In this document: one piece after another, positions 41,490-51,185 of the stretch
Position numbering within the stretch: the first letter of the stretch is position 1
Layout of the letters: each line of letters opens with the position of its first letter
Source of the DNA: Synergistales bacterium
Lineage (GTDB): Bacteria; Synergistota; Synergistia; Synergistales; JAFGMB01
Assembly: GCA_963666205.1 (NCBI GenBank)
Contig: OY762654.1
Location: 1,408,001-1,472,000, forward strand
Length of the DNA: 64,000 bases
Direction: 5' to 3'
The notes under the pieces: model-generated
Seen by the model: the letters and a program-made list of their open reading frames with translations, nothing else
Databases searched by the model: none
Told to the model about the DNA's origin: nothing
Made by a program: the position numbers and the translations under genes

Positions 41490-41768
41490 CTAGTATCCTT
41501 CCTGGAAATGAAGGGAATATCTCAGATTTTCTGAAGATCTTGTACAGAAGCTTTCATGAAAGAACGCTTCACCCCCCGATGGAAGATCAAAACAGACAAC
41601 ATTGAAAAAATTGCAGCATTGACCAGAATCATCATGGACTTTGATCTGAAATCTGATAAAGGAGTAGTCACTGCCGGATGAATTGACAATAGTACCCTGA
41701 CAATGAATAAATGGCCCTTCTGAAGTTGATGAAAGATCAGTGATACTGAATTCTGAACCTGTAAACAT
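41490..41768 (-). CDS. Small hypothetical protein (FxLYD-like beta-sandwich)
   Basis: GTIVNSSGSDY...VHDDSGQ pattern; GAGGTG SD before ATG 41768. Confidence 0.5.
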   Translation of the reverse strand: MFTGSEFSITDLSSTSEGPFIHCQGTIVNSSGSDYSFIRFQIKVHDDSGQCCNFFNVVCFDLPSGGEAFFHESFCTRSSENLRYSLHFQEGY

Positions 41769-41985
41769 TATGATATGCCCCACCTCTGAATTGAAGTTTT
41801 TCAAGTCAATACTCTCTTTTATAGAATACGGACTTTTCAAGGCGAGATATATTTCCGAAGAAGGAAGGGTTTTGAACATTAAGACCTAAAATATATAGGT
41901 CTCAGGAACTATATAACTTAGGATTTGTGTATGATCCGGTTAAACATGAACTATCCTGTTACTTCTGGATGGATATGGATGGCTA

Positions 41986-42606
41986 TCAACCAGGTTTTCG
42001 GGCCACCATAACGATCTGCCCCTTCTTCTGCATAAGCTCAAGCTTTTCAATGGTAAAACCTGCACCTTCAAGGGCTTTTCTGAAATCTTCAGGAGAATGA
42101 AGATTGAAATATTTTTCCAGTTTTGCCGCTTCCTTTTCGTTCCTGGCATACTTGTTGACTATTACAAGGTGTCCCGAAGGCTTTATGACCCTGTACACCT
42201 CACCAAGATCTTTGGGTATATCCGGCCAGAAATGAATGGTCTCACTTGCTACTACAAGATCAAAAAGGGAATCTTCGAAGGGCATAGTGGAGACGGAAGC
42301 CTGGATCACTTCTACCCGGTCCTTGCTGATAAGCTGTCGGTTCAGCTTTGAGGCCATCCTGACCATTTCAGGGGAATAGTCCATTCCATAAACTTTGCCC
42401 TGGGGAACCTTTTCAGCCAGAATGGAAAGGGATCTGCCGGCACCGCATCCTATGTCCAGAATACTGTCCCTGGATCCTATGGGGACCTGCTTCAGGAATA
42501 ACTGATAGAAAGGCACGTGGGCCAGGTTCATAAGCCTGCCCATGACATTCCCCCAGAATCCTGCCGGTTTCCTGCTCTGTTCAAATACCTTATCCATAAG
42601 ACTCAT
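41986..42606 (-). CDS. Class I SAM-dependent methyltransferase
   Basis: ILDIGCGAG, MPFEDSLFD, RVIKPSG. Confidence 0.9.
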   Translation of the reverse strand: MSLMDKVFEQSRKPAGFWGNVMGRLMNLAHVPFYQLFLKQVPIGSRDSILDIGCGAGRSLSILAEKVPQGKVYGMDYSPEMVRMASKLNRQLISKDRVEVIQASVSTMPFEDSLFDLVVASETIHFWPDIPKDLGEVYRVIKPSGHLVIVNKYARNEKEAAKLEKYFNLHSPEDFRKALEGAGFTIEKLELMQKKGQIVMVARKPG

Positions 42607-42916
42607 TTGTGATCCTCCCGTGAAAGATATCCGGGAAAATCTCTGATTAGATACGGTCGGATGGATAAAATCACAGAAAAACCCGGTCAGGACAATTTTA
42701 AATCAAATTATAAAAGAAATGGAAGGGCTATATTGCTCGTGATCAACGGGGAAATTCCCTTTGATCAGTTCAGAGCCAGCATAATTACTCTCTTTCACTC
42801 AGAAGGAACTACCCTTGTTATCCTTTCAGATGTCACTTTTTCGATTTATCTTTTTACCTTAGTGCTATTTACTGTTAATATATTCTATATGAAGGAAATA
42901 GTGGGAGGTGGAGAAA

Positions 42917-43708
42917 ATGAATGGAAGCATTTTTTATTTTACGGGAACAGGAAACTCTCTGGCTGCAGCTGAAGAACTGGCTTCCATACTGGATATTTCA
43001 GAAATAATACCAATGGCCGGAGTATTGCAGAATGGCGATCCCGCCTGCAATAAAGATGTGGCTGGCTTTGTGTTTCCCCTGTATTACTGGGGGCTTCCCG
43101 AGATCGTTGAAAGATTCCTCGCAGAAGTCAACCTGGAGAAATGCAGTTATATTTTCGCTGTTGTAACAAGAAGTGGATCCAAGGGCAAGGTCTTTGATGA
43201 TATGAAAAAGATCCTTAATGAAAAAGGCAAAAACCTTAACGCAGGTTTCTACCTTACTATGCCGGGGAATTATATCCCCATGTACGACGTCGGTTCCAAA
43301 GATAAACAAAGACAACAGCTCGAAAAGGCCTCGGATACACTGAACAGGATAGCAGGAACGATCCTGGAAAGTCAGGATGAGGTAGACCAGGAGGGTGTTT
43401 TCCTGAAGGCTATGTCAAGCATAATCCACTCCAGGTGGAAGCAGAAAGTTCATAAAAAGGACGTCCTTTTCTCCCTGAAGCAGAACTGTACTTCCTGCGA
43501 ACTATGCTCAAGAGTCTGCCCGGTGGACAATATCAGGATGGTCAACGGCAGGCCAGTGTGGCTTCATCATTGCCAGGAGTGCATGGCCTGCATTCATGCC
43601 TGCCCGGTTGAGGCAATACAGTTCGGCAGAAAGACCGAGGGAAGAAGAAGATACCATCATCCGGATATCAGCTGGGAGAAGATCGCGGAGCAGAAAAAAC
43701 CCCTGTAA
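42917..43708 (+). CDS. EFR1 family flavodoxin-ferredoxin fusion
   Basis: YFTGTGNS; CTSCELCSRVCP and CQECMACIHACP. Confidence 0.9.
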   Translation: MNGSIFYFTGTGNSLAAAEELASILDISEIIPMAGVLQNGDPACNKDVAGFVFPLYYWGLPEIVERFLAEVNLEKCSYIFAVVTRSGSKGKVFDDMKKILNEKGKNLNAGFYLTMPGNYIPMYDVGSKDKQRQQLEKASDTLNRIAGTILESQDEVDQEGVFLKAMSSIIHSRWKQKVHKKDVLFSLKQNCTSCELCSRVCPVDNIRMVNGRPVWLHHCQECMACIHACPVEAIQFGRKTEGRRRYHHPDISWEKIAEQKKPL

Positions 43709-43709
43709 T

Positions 43710-43862
43710 TCCGGATCGCGGATTTTGGATTATTAAGATTTCAAGGGCTTGAACTTCAATCGGCAATCGAAAATCCAAAATCTAAAATTGCGACACCGCA
43801 GAGGACTTCCGCCAGAAAACACTGAATAACCCGAGGCGGACCTTCGGTCCGGTAGGAGATAG
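43710..43862 (+). repeat. Repeat block (heptad arms plus TCCGCC...GGCGGAC hairpin)
   Basis: GGATTTTGGATT ... AATCCAAAATCT inverted arms; TCCGCCAGAAAACACTGAATAACCCGAGGCGGAC resembles 30478-30520. Confidence 0.7.
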
Positions 43863-44120
43863 TTGAGTTCCACGTCAACGTTCGTTAAGATGAAATGCCG
43901 CTTTGTCTGAGGTTTTGTGTGTCACAAGATCGTAGATCTGTGACAAGGAAATCAGAAAGGAAGTTGACACAACTTTAAATAATAATTCTTTCCTTTTTCG
44001 ACACTATGAAATAAGTCATTTTTCGGATGATATGAATGTCCCAATGGGCTAAGATGTTCATGAATGACTTGTCAGAACTTGCTTTCTGAAATAGTCTTGA
44101 GAAAGAGAGAGTTTTTAGAA

Positions 44121-44903
44121 ATGAACAGGGATCCGGAAAATAGTGATCTGGAATACATAAAGGAAAAACTTAAGGAAAAATACGATAAGGCAGCTCTGAA
44201 TCCGAGGGGATTATTTCCCTATCCAGTGGGCCGGGACGGACTGAAAGCCCTTGATTATGACATGGACCTTGTAAATAAGCTCGATCCGGAGATTACCAGG
44301 TTCTTCTGCGGGGTAGGAAATCCTTTCTCCCTGGGCAAAATAAGACGGGGTGACAGGGTCCTGGACATTGGATGCGGTGGGGGTGTTGATACTCTCATTG
44401 CTGCTCTAATGGCGGGACCGGATGGCAGGGCTGTCGGAGTAGAAATTGTTGAGTCCATGTACGAGAGAGCCTGCAGCAATCTAAGGCTTTCCGGCCTCAT
44501 GAATGTAAGGTTCTTCCACGGTTCGGCTGAAAATCTTCCATTTAAAGAAAATTCCTTTGATATTATAATTTCCAATGGAGCCTTTAATCTTATAATCAAT
44601 AAGGAACAGGGGCTTAAAGAAGCCATAAGAGTCCTGAAACCCGGGGGTAGATTTATGGTCTCCGATCAGGTACAAAAGGATATATATTACTTTGATATGG
44701 AAGACCAGGGTGGCTGAAAGGGCAGGACTATTCCGGGAATGGATTTCCTGGTAATGATGAAAAAAACCGGTTTTACCGAAGTTGAAGCTATTGAAAAGAG
44801 AGGTTTCGAGAGTTCTGAAGAAACTGCAGCAATGTATTTCAGGGGGAAAAAACCCTGTGAAAAGACATTATCAGAATTAGACCGTCGGAGAAGGGGTTGT
44901 TAA
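44121..44903 (+). CDS. Arsenite methyltransferase-like protein, probable selenoprotein (UGA at 44715-44717 read through)
   Basis: FCGVGNP, VLDIGCGGG, IISNG, RVLKPGG; after TGA the frame stays open 61 codons (KGRTIPGMDFLVMMKKTGF...FRGKKP...) to TAA 44901-44903; hairpin 44733-44751. Confidence 0.72.
44730..44755 (+). promoter_or_regulatory. Candidate bacterial SECIS element
   Basis: CCGGGAA-UGGAU-UUCCUGG stem-loop; loop begins 23 nt after UGA and has G at position 2. Confidence 0.6.
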
Positions 44904-44904
44904 T

Positions 44905-45162
44905 ATGGACGAAACAAGGCTTGAAATTCTACGCTCAGAAATTGACAGGATCGATGATTCCATAGTAGCTCTTCTTGAAAAGCGTCTTGAGGTAGCAAGA
45001 CAGATAGCCCTGGTTGACTGGAAGAAACCTGTTTTTGACCAGGTCAGACAGAAAACTATCCTTAAAAGACTCCATGAACAATTCCCCGAAATGGACAACA
45101 AGGCCCTGACTGCCATTTACGACGAGATAATGAAAATGTGCAGGGCTGTCTATAAAGAATAA
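44905..45162 (+). CDS. Monofunctional chorismate mutase (AroQ class)
   Basis: LRSEIDRIDDSIVALLEKR...K.PVFD..R. Confidence 0.85.
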   Translation: MDETRLEILRSEIDRIDDSIVALLEKRLEVARQIALVDWKKPVFDQVRQKTILKRLHEQFPEMDNKALTAIYDEIMKMCRAVYKE

Positions 45163-45273
45163 TATAAAACACAGATATCCCCGGGTTCTCATCCGGGGAT
45201 ATCTGCAGGCAAAGGGGGTCTCTGCCTCTTTTTCCAAGGAATAATGGTACTAGAAGGAGGGGGACTCCTTAAA

Positions 45274-46563
45274 CTATTGTTCTGTTATGATACCTGCTCC
45301 GACACTGTTCATGACTTCATAAAAGTTCGGGAATGAAACTGCAACACATTCACCTTCGGATACAGTCGTTTCGCCTTCGGCAGCAAGTCCTGCCACCTGA
45401 AGGGCCATGGCTATCCGGTGATCGTCATGTGAATCGACGGCTGCTCCCTTCACTTTTCCACCCTTTATGGTCAGGGTCCCATGGGTCTCTTCAACTTCAA
45501 CACCCATTTTTGCAAGTTCCTGGTGCATGAGAGCGACCCGGTCAGTTTCCTTGATGCGGACCATTTCCACGTTGGTAAGAGTTGTAGTTCCTTCAGCAAA
45601 AGCTCCAGCCACTGCCAGGACAGGTACCGCATCCGGAATATCAGAACAGTCTATTGTAATGCCCCTGAGAGGACTTCCTCCCCTGACTGTCAGACTTGAC
45701 CCTTCCCTGTTCAGAGTGATATCCGCGTTCATGGCTTTGAGCACATCAACGATCTGGTCATCTCCCTGACTTCCACTCAGATCCAGGTTCTCTATGGTTA
45801 TTTCGGAATCTGTTATCGCAGCGGCTACCAGTGGAAAGGCTACAGATTCCCAGTCGCTTGGAATAGCTGAATTTACAGCCTTGTATTTCTGTGGTCCCGT
45901 GATCTCAAAATACTTATAATTCTCATTGTCAAAATCAAAGGTTATACCCTGCTGTTCCATCCAGCCCGCTGTCATATCAAGATAGGGTCTTTCAATAGCA
46001 TTAGCTATTTCAATTCGCGTTGTCCCTTCAAGAAGGGGCGATACAAGCATGACCGCAGACACATACTGGGAAAAGTTGCCCTCAAGATGTATGGTCCCGG
46101 ATTTTATGGGACCTCTGAGAACTGCAGGAGGAGATTTTACTCCCTTTCTGGTTGTAAAACCTTCGGCACCAAGCTCGGAGAGGGCTTCGATGAGGGGAGC
46201 AATGGGTCGTTTGCGGATCTGATGGTCACCTGTAAGGACTGTCCAGTCTTCAAGGAGGGCTGCCATGGCTGCCACAAAATAGAGGGTAGTTCCGGAATTC
46301 CCCACGTCCAGGACATCTTCGGGAACCTGCAGTTTTCCTGCAAGCCCTTCCACGGTCCAGAGATTCTCCATTTCCTCCGTTACAGAACCGAAGGCACGGG
46401 CTGCTTTCATGGAAGACAGACAGTCGCGGCTTGGCAGTGGATTATGTATAAAGGATTTACCTTCCGCCATGGCTGCTATAAGGACAGCTCTGATAGTATG
46501 ACTCTTTGAACCGGGTACGGACAGTGTCCCTGATAGATTCCCTGGTTTAACTCTAGCTAACAT
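45274..46563 (-). CDS. aroA: EPSP synthase, second paralogue
   Basis: PGSKSHTIR, GNSGTT, KRPIAPL, SQYVSA, KETDR, DDHRIAM; overlaps tctA by 11 nt. Confidence 0.88.
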   Translation of the reverse strand: MLARVKPGNLSGTLSVPGSKSHTIRAVLIAAMAEGKSFIHNPLPSRDCLSSMKAARAFGSVTEEMENLWTVEGLAGKLQVPEDVLDVGNSGTTLYFVAAMAALLEDWTVLTGDHQIRKRPIAPLIEALSELGAEGFTTRKGVKSPPAVLRGPIKSGTIHLEGNFSQYVSAVMLVSPLLEGTTRIEIANAIERPYLDMTAGWMEQQGITFDFDNENYKYFEITGPQKYKAVNSAIPSDWESVAFPLVAAAITDSEITIENLDLSGSQGDDQIVDVLKAMNADITLNREGSSLTVRGGSPLRGITIDCSDIPDAVPVLAVAGAFAEGTTTLTNVEMVRIKETDRVALMHQELAKMGVEVEETHGTLTIKGGKVKGAAVDSHDDHRIAMALQVAGLAAEGETTVSEGECVAVSFPNFYEVMNSVGAGIITEQ

Positions 46564-48058
46564 TTGTTTTCCTCCTTCTGAAGATGGAACTGAAAACCTG
46601 CCTGCAGGCAGGGATATTTGACATGATAGAAATAATTATCAATACCAGAAGGGTCAGACTTATGGGACGCATGAAAAGGGAAACCATAATGCTGTCACCG
46701 GCTTCTGCAAGGTTTATGGCCCTCCTGAGGCTGGAATCCATTATTCCTCCCAGCACCAGACCCAGAACCATTGGTGCAACAGAATAATTCCGCTGGCGCA
46801 TTACAAAACCAAGGAATCCGAAGATGATCATCAGAAGAACTTCAAAAAGGCTTGAGTTTACAGCATAGGCCCCTATGACACAGAGGACCGTGACAACAGG
46901 CATGAGTATTTTCTTTGGAACAAGAACTACCCTTGCAAGCTGGGGTACCACCGTTACTCCCAGAAGAAGCATCATGAAAGCTCCCAGGAAACCTCCAGCA
47001 AGGATTATGGAGAATAGTTCCGGTGTCTCCAGGAAAAGGAGAGGACCAGGCCTTAGTCCGTGTACATAAAAAGCCGCAAGGATAACAGCCGTTACAGCAT
47101 CACCCGGTATGGCAAGAGTAAGCATGGGAATAAGGGCTCCTCCCACACATGCGTTATTAGCAGCCTCACTGGCTACAATACCTTCAACTGCTCCTTCACC
47201 GAAGGGCCGGCTGGGATTCCTGACTGTTTTTCTGGCCTGATCATATGCTATGAGAGACGCTACAGGTCCTCCTGCTCCAGGAAGAGCTCCGATTATGGTC
47301 CCTATGGCTGCAGACCTGAGAGAAAGAGGAAGGTATTTCAGCATCCCTTTAATATCGATCTTCATTCGTCCTGCTTTGGTAGCAATGGCTTTGAGGGTGC
47401 CCTGCCCCACCTGGGTAAGGACCTCTGAAAATCCGAAAAGTCCTATAAGGACCGGTATAAGGGCAATTCCTGCCTGAAGGTTCATGCTTCCGAAGGTGAA
47501 CCGGGTGGAACCCATTATGGGATCCATTCCTACAAGGCTGAACATTATTCCAAGTAATGCACTGATGAGTCCCTTTATAAAGCTCTTTGAAGTCAGTGAA
47601 CCTACGGTAGTCAGACCGAACAGGGCAAGGAGAAAATAATCCAGGGGGGAAAAAGCCAGGGCTATGGACGTAATTGGTTTTGCCACCATAGACAGGACAA
47701 GAAGACCGAAAATGGTTCCTATGAAGGACTGGAAAGTGGCTGCCCACAGGGCTTCCGAGGCTTCACCCTTCTGAGCCATGGGAAATCCGTCAAGTGTGGT
47801 GGCTACTGCAGCAGGAGCACCAGGGATATTTATGAGTATTGCAGATACAGCACCTGCGAAAACTCCCGAAACATAAACTCCCATGATAACAGCTATGGCG
47901 CTCTTTACGCTCCAGCTGAAAGTGATCGATACAAGCAGAGCGGTAGCCATGGTGACTGAAAGTCCCGGAATTGCTCCAACCAGCAACCCTCCCATGGAAC
48001 CGACAAGAACCAGAATAATAAAATTAAGATCAATAACTGAAAGCATCTGAAGTAACAT
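46553..48058 (-). CDS. tctA: Tripartite tricarboxylate transporter large permease
   Basis: GAIPGLS, INIPGAPA, DGFPMA, EAANNA, LAIPGD. Confidence 0.92.
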   Translation of the reverse strand: MLLQMLSVIDLNFIILVLVGSMGGLLVGAIPGLSVTMATALLVSITFSWSVKSAIAVIMGVYVSGVFAGAVSAILINIPGAPAAVATTLDGFPMAQKGEASEALWAATFQSFIGTIFGLLVLSMVAKPITSIALAFSPLDYFLLALFGLTTVGSLTSKSFIKGLISALLGIMFSLVGMDPIMGSTRFTFGSMNLQAGIALIPVLIGLFGFSEVLTQVGQGTLKAIATKAGRMKIDIKGMLKYLPLSLRSAAIGTIIGALPGAGGPVASLIAYDQARKTVRNPSRPFGEGAVEGIVASEAANNACVGGALIPMLTLAIPGDAVTAVILAAFYVHGLRPGPLLFLETPELFSIILAGGFLGAFMMLLLGVTVVPQLARVVLVPKKILMPVVTVLCVIGAYAVNSSLFEVLLMIIFGFLGFVMRQRNYSVAPMVLGLVLGGIMDSSLRRAINLAEAGDSIMVSLFMRPISLTLLVLIIISIMSNIPACRQVFSSIFRRRKTNVS

Positions 48059-48077
48059 CGATATCGACCATCCGGAT

Positions 48078-48542
48078 TCAGGGTAAAAGAACTTTAAGCA
48101 TGCTGCCAAAAATGAAATAGATGACGAGTGTCGTGGAAACCGAGACCAGCCCTACCATCCATATCCGCCTCTCTCCTATATAAAAGAGAAACAATGCAAG
48201 AAAAGCCACGGTAGATATTACAAAATGAAACAGGGGAAGAACCGTTATATAGACAAGACTGATAAGGGTCACAACCAGGACAGACTTCCACCTGGTCCCC
48301 TGGGCCTCATCTTTCCCTGCCGAGACAATGCCCTTTTTTATCCCTTTGAAAAGAAGACCCAGGGCAAGAAAAAAAAGTACCACAGCTCCAAGAGCCGGAA
48401 AGGTACCTGGAGACAGTACGGTTTCACCAAAACCATCCATTCTGGTAGAGAGAAAGAATATAAAAAGGGAAAGGATAAGAAAAAGAGCACTGTCTAAAAG
48501 ATCTTTATTACGGTTCAGAAACCACCTTGACAACACGATCAT
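48078..48542 (-). CDS. tctB: Tripartite tricarboxylate transporter small subunit
   Basis: 4 TM helices, PGTFP, C-terminal LKVLLP; lies between tctC and tctA. Confidence 0.85.
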   Translation of the reverse strand: MIVLSRWFLNRNKDLLDSALFLILSLFIFFLSTRMDGFGETVLSPGTFPALGAVVLFFLALGLLFKGIKKGIVSAGKDEAQGTRWKSVLVVTLISLVYITVLPLFHFVISTVAFLALFLFYIGERRIWMVGLVSVSTTLVIYFIFGSMLKVLLP

Positions 48543-48613
48543 CCCTTCAGATATATTTACGGGAACATGTGAAGGGAGGAAGGGAAAGCCCTTCCTCCCT
48601 GTCTAAACTGTAA

Positions 48614-49633
48614 CTATAGCTTCGGAATATTGAACTCGGCAGGGCTCTTTTTTGTGACTCCTGCATCATAGAGGAGCCATGTTACTATGGACTGCCATTT
48701 CTTCCAGTAGTCCATGACAGCCTGTCCCTTAAGTTCGTCCAGCTTCACATACATGCTGCTTTTACTGAAATTGATCCATTCAGGTTCCATTACAGCCTTT
48801 TCTGCTGCTTCGAGAAGGACCTTCTGAACTTCCTCAGGAGTACCCTTGTTTACAAGGAGGCAGTTGGGGAAGACAAGGGGCAGGAACTTATCCAGCTCGG
48901 GAAGAGCATCAGTCATAGCAGGCACTCCATCCAGGAACATGCTGGGCCCGTTGGAGAAAGCCGCCAGAGGACGAAGTTTTCCAGACTTGATGTAGTCAAG
49001 AACGGTTCCCAGGTTGGAAAAGGTGAAGTCAACCTGTCCGCCAAGCACTGCCAGAAGGGCCGGGTTTCCTCCTCCAAAGGGGGTCATGGAAACATCAAGA
49101 CCGGCGTTGTTTGTCAGCAGCAGACCCTGGATATGACCGCTGGCCCCAGGTCCGGAATAGGACATGCGCACCTTTCCGGGACGGGCCTTGATGTCATTGA
49201 TGAGATCTTCAAAGGTTTTGTAGGGAGAATCGGCTGGCACCACGATCATTTTTTCGGTATAGACAAGCATCATGAGGGCTTCAAAATCTTCAAAACCGAG
49301 ATTGCTGGTACCCATTACCTTGAAAACAGCAGGGGTTTCGGCAGAAAGAAGGACAGTATATCCATCTGCTGGTTTGGAATGGGCAAAGTCTGTTCCGATA
49401 GCACCGGAGGCTCCAGGCCTGTTCACTATCACTACGGACTGTCCGAGATGTTTTTCCCAGAGAGGAGCAAATACCCTGGCGGTCCTGTCAGTGATACCGC
49501 CTGCCGACCAGGGAACTACAAGGGTTATGCTCTTTGAGGGAAAATCAGCTGCAAATACTGAAAGGGACATTACAAACAAGAGGATCATAGCCAGAACGCT
49601 CATAATTACGCTCTTTTTCATACTTAATTTCAT
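48614..49633 (-). CDS. tctC: Tripartite tricarboxylate transporter substrate-binding protein
   Basis: Signal peptide, VVPWSAGGITD, NRPGASG, PADGYT, PFGGG. Confidence 0.92.
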   Translation of the reverse strand: MKLSMKKSVIMSVLAMILLFVMSLSVFAADFPSKSITLVVPWSAGGITDRTARVFAPLWEKHLGQSVVIVNRPGASGAIGTDFAHSKPADGYTVLLSAETPAVFKVMGTSNLGFEDFEALMMLVYTEKMIVVPADSPYKTFEDLINDIKARPGKVRMSYSGPGASGHIQGLLLTNNAGLDVSMTPFGGGNPALLAVLGGQVDFTFSNLGTVLDYIKSGKLRPLAAFSNGPSMFLDGVPAMTDALPELDKFLPLVFPNCLLVNKGTPEEVQKVLLEAAEKAVMEPEWINFSKSSMYVKLDELKGQAVMDYWKKWQSIVTWLLYDAGVTKKSPAEFNIPKL

Positions 49634-49681
49634 GATCTTTACCTCCTCGGAGTTTTTCTTATTTCTTTGATCCTGAATTAT

Positions 49682-49695
49682 TGTAAACGTTTACA
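49682..49695. promoter_or_regulatory. LacI-family operator (perfect palindrome TGTAAACGTTTACA)
   Basis: Just downstream of the tctC -10; second near-copy TGGAAACGTTTACA at 49837-49850; LacI gene nearby. Confidence 0.8.
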
Positions 49696-49709
49696 TCTTT
49701 TCCAGACTT

Positions 49710-49738
49710 ATTCTATTTTAGCGGAAGGAATCTGTCAA
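49710..49738 (-). promoter_or_regulatory. Sigma70 promoter of tctCBA-aroA
   Basis: TTGACA-17 nt-TAGAAT on the minus strand. Confidence 0.75.
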
Positions 49739-49835
49739 TAACAGTAATGCCTTGACTAGCATCACCTCCTGATTTATAGTTACAATAACTGAAATTACAT
49801 CGTTTATAAAAAAAACTAAAGGAGCGGCTTTTCTA

Positions 49836-51185
49836 TTGGAAACGTTTACAAAAACTGAATCTTCCTTTAATTCTTCATCTGTAATGCAGTCATACCTGAT
49901 ATATTCACTGCTCATATCAGCTTATTTCTTTTCCTTCTTTTTCAGGGTATCTGCATCGGTAGTTCTTCCCGATCTGGCCCTGAAGTGGGGCATGAGCGCG
50001 ACTCTTACAGGTTTTATCTCAAGTCTTTATTTTTATGCCTACGCCCTCATGCAGCCTGTAAGCGGCAACCTGAACGACAGGTTCGGGCCATTGAGAGTAG
50101 TCTCTTCAGGTCTCGTCGTTACTGCTCTCGGAGCTACAATGTTCGCATATGGATCAAATCCATTCATAATCGGCACGGGAAGACTGCTGACCGGGCTTGG
50201 ACTCGCACCAATGCTTTCCGGAGCTCTGGTTTTTCAGGCTTCGTCCTTTCCTTCAAACAGGTATGCCTTCTTCTCCGGGATAACATACACCATCGGCAAT
50301 TTCGGCGCTGTAGCGTCGGTATCACCCCTGGGATATGCCCTCGATGCGTGGGGAAGATCCTGGGTATTCATGATACTGGCCCTTCTTAACATCCTTCTTG
50401 CAGCAGCACTTATCTTCAATCGGAAGAAAGATCCTTTATTGTTGAAGAATACAGAAGCTTCTTCCGGAAAGGGTTTCTCTCCTTCCCATATTCTGGGAGA
50501 ACTTAAAAGGGCCTTCGGAATTATCCGGAAATCCCGTCAGCTGAAGAGGATGAGTTTCTTCTGGGCAGCCTCTACTGCTTCCATAATGGCCTTTCAGGGT
50601 CTTTGGGCAGTCTCCTGGTACAAGGCTGTTTATGATGTTTCCCAGGGAAGGGCCCGATTCTGGGCTACAATGATAGGGGTGGGAGTTCTTGTGGGCAGTT
50701 TCCTGGGAGCCCAGATAGCACCGGATGCGAAGGACCGCAAAAAGGCTATCTTCCTTTCAGGCTCAGCCTACTGCACTCTCTGGGGCATCCTGCTTCTTTG
50801 CGCTTTGTTCAAAGCTCCCCTTCCGGTTACCGGGATCACAGGTTTTCTCATAGGTCTGTCGGCAGGGGTTGCCTTCGATCATCTGACAGCCGGCGTGAAT
50901 GATATAGCAGAACCGGGCTTCAAAGGTTCCCTTTTCGGGGCAATGAATCTCCTGAACTTTACCGGAGTGATAATTTTTCAGTGGGGAACGGGGGCTGTTA
51001 TATCCCTTTTCCCTTCGGCTGTCCCGGGAGGCTATTCCGCTCCCGGTTATAATATAACCTTCGGACTCGTAGTAATTTTCATATGGCTTGCCTTTTCAAT
51101 GATACCCGGACTTGATTCATTTGATAAAGCCAGCCTTACAGAAGGGGTCTTCAGGGGGGTTGAACTTGAAAAAAAGATCAAATGA
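49836..51185 (+). CDS. MFS transporter
   Basis: About 12 TM helices, GNLNDRFGPLR motif A; exact start uncertain. Confidence 0.85.
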   Translation: METFTKTESSFNSSSVMQSYLIYSLLISAYFFSFFFRVSASVVLPDLALKWGMSATLTGFISSLYFYAYALMQPVSGNLNDRFGPLRVVSSGLVVTALGATMFAYGSNPFIIGTGRLLTGLGLAPMLSGALVFQASSFPSNRYAFFSGITYTIGNFGAVASVSPLGYALDAWGRSWVFMILALLNILLAAALIFNRKKDPLLLKNTEASSGKGFSPSHILGELKRAFGIIRKSRQLKRMSFFWAASTASIMAFQGLWAVSWYKAVYDVSQGRARFWATMIGVGVLVGSFLGAQIAPDAKDRKKAIFLSGSAYCTLWGILLLCALFKAPLPVTGITGFLIGLSAGVAFDHLTAGVNDIAEPGFKGSLFGAMNLLNFTGVIIFQWGTGAVISLFPSAVPGGYSAPGYNITFGLVVIFIWLAFSMIPGLDSFDKASLTEGVFRGVELEKKIK

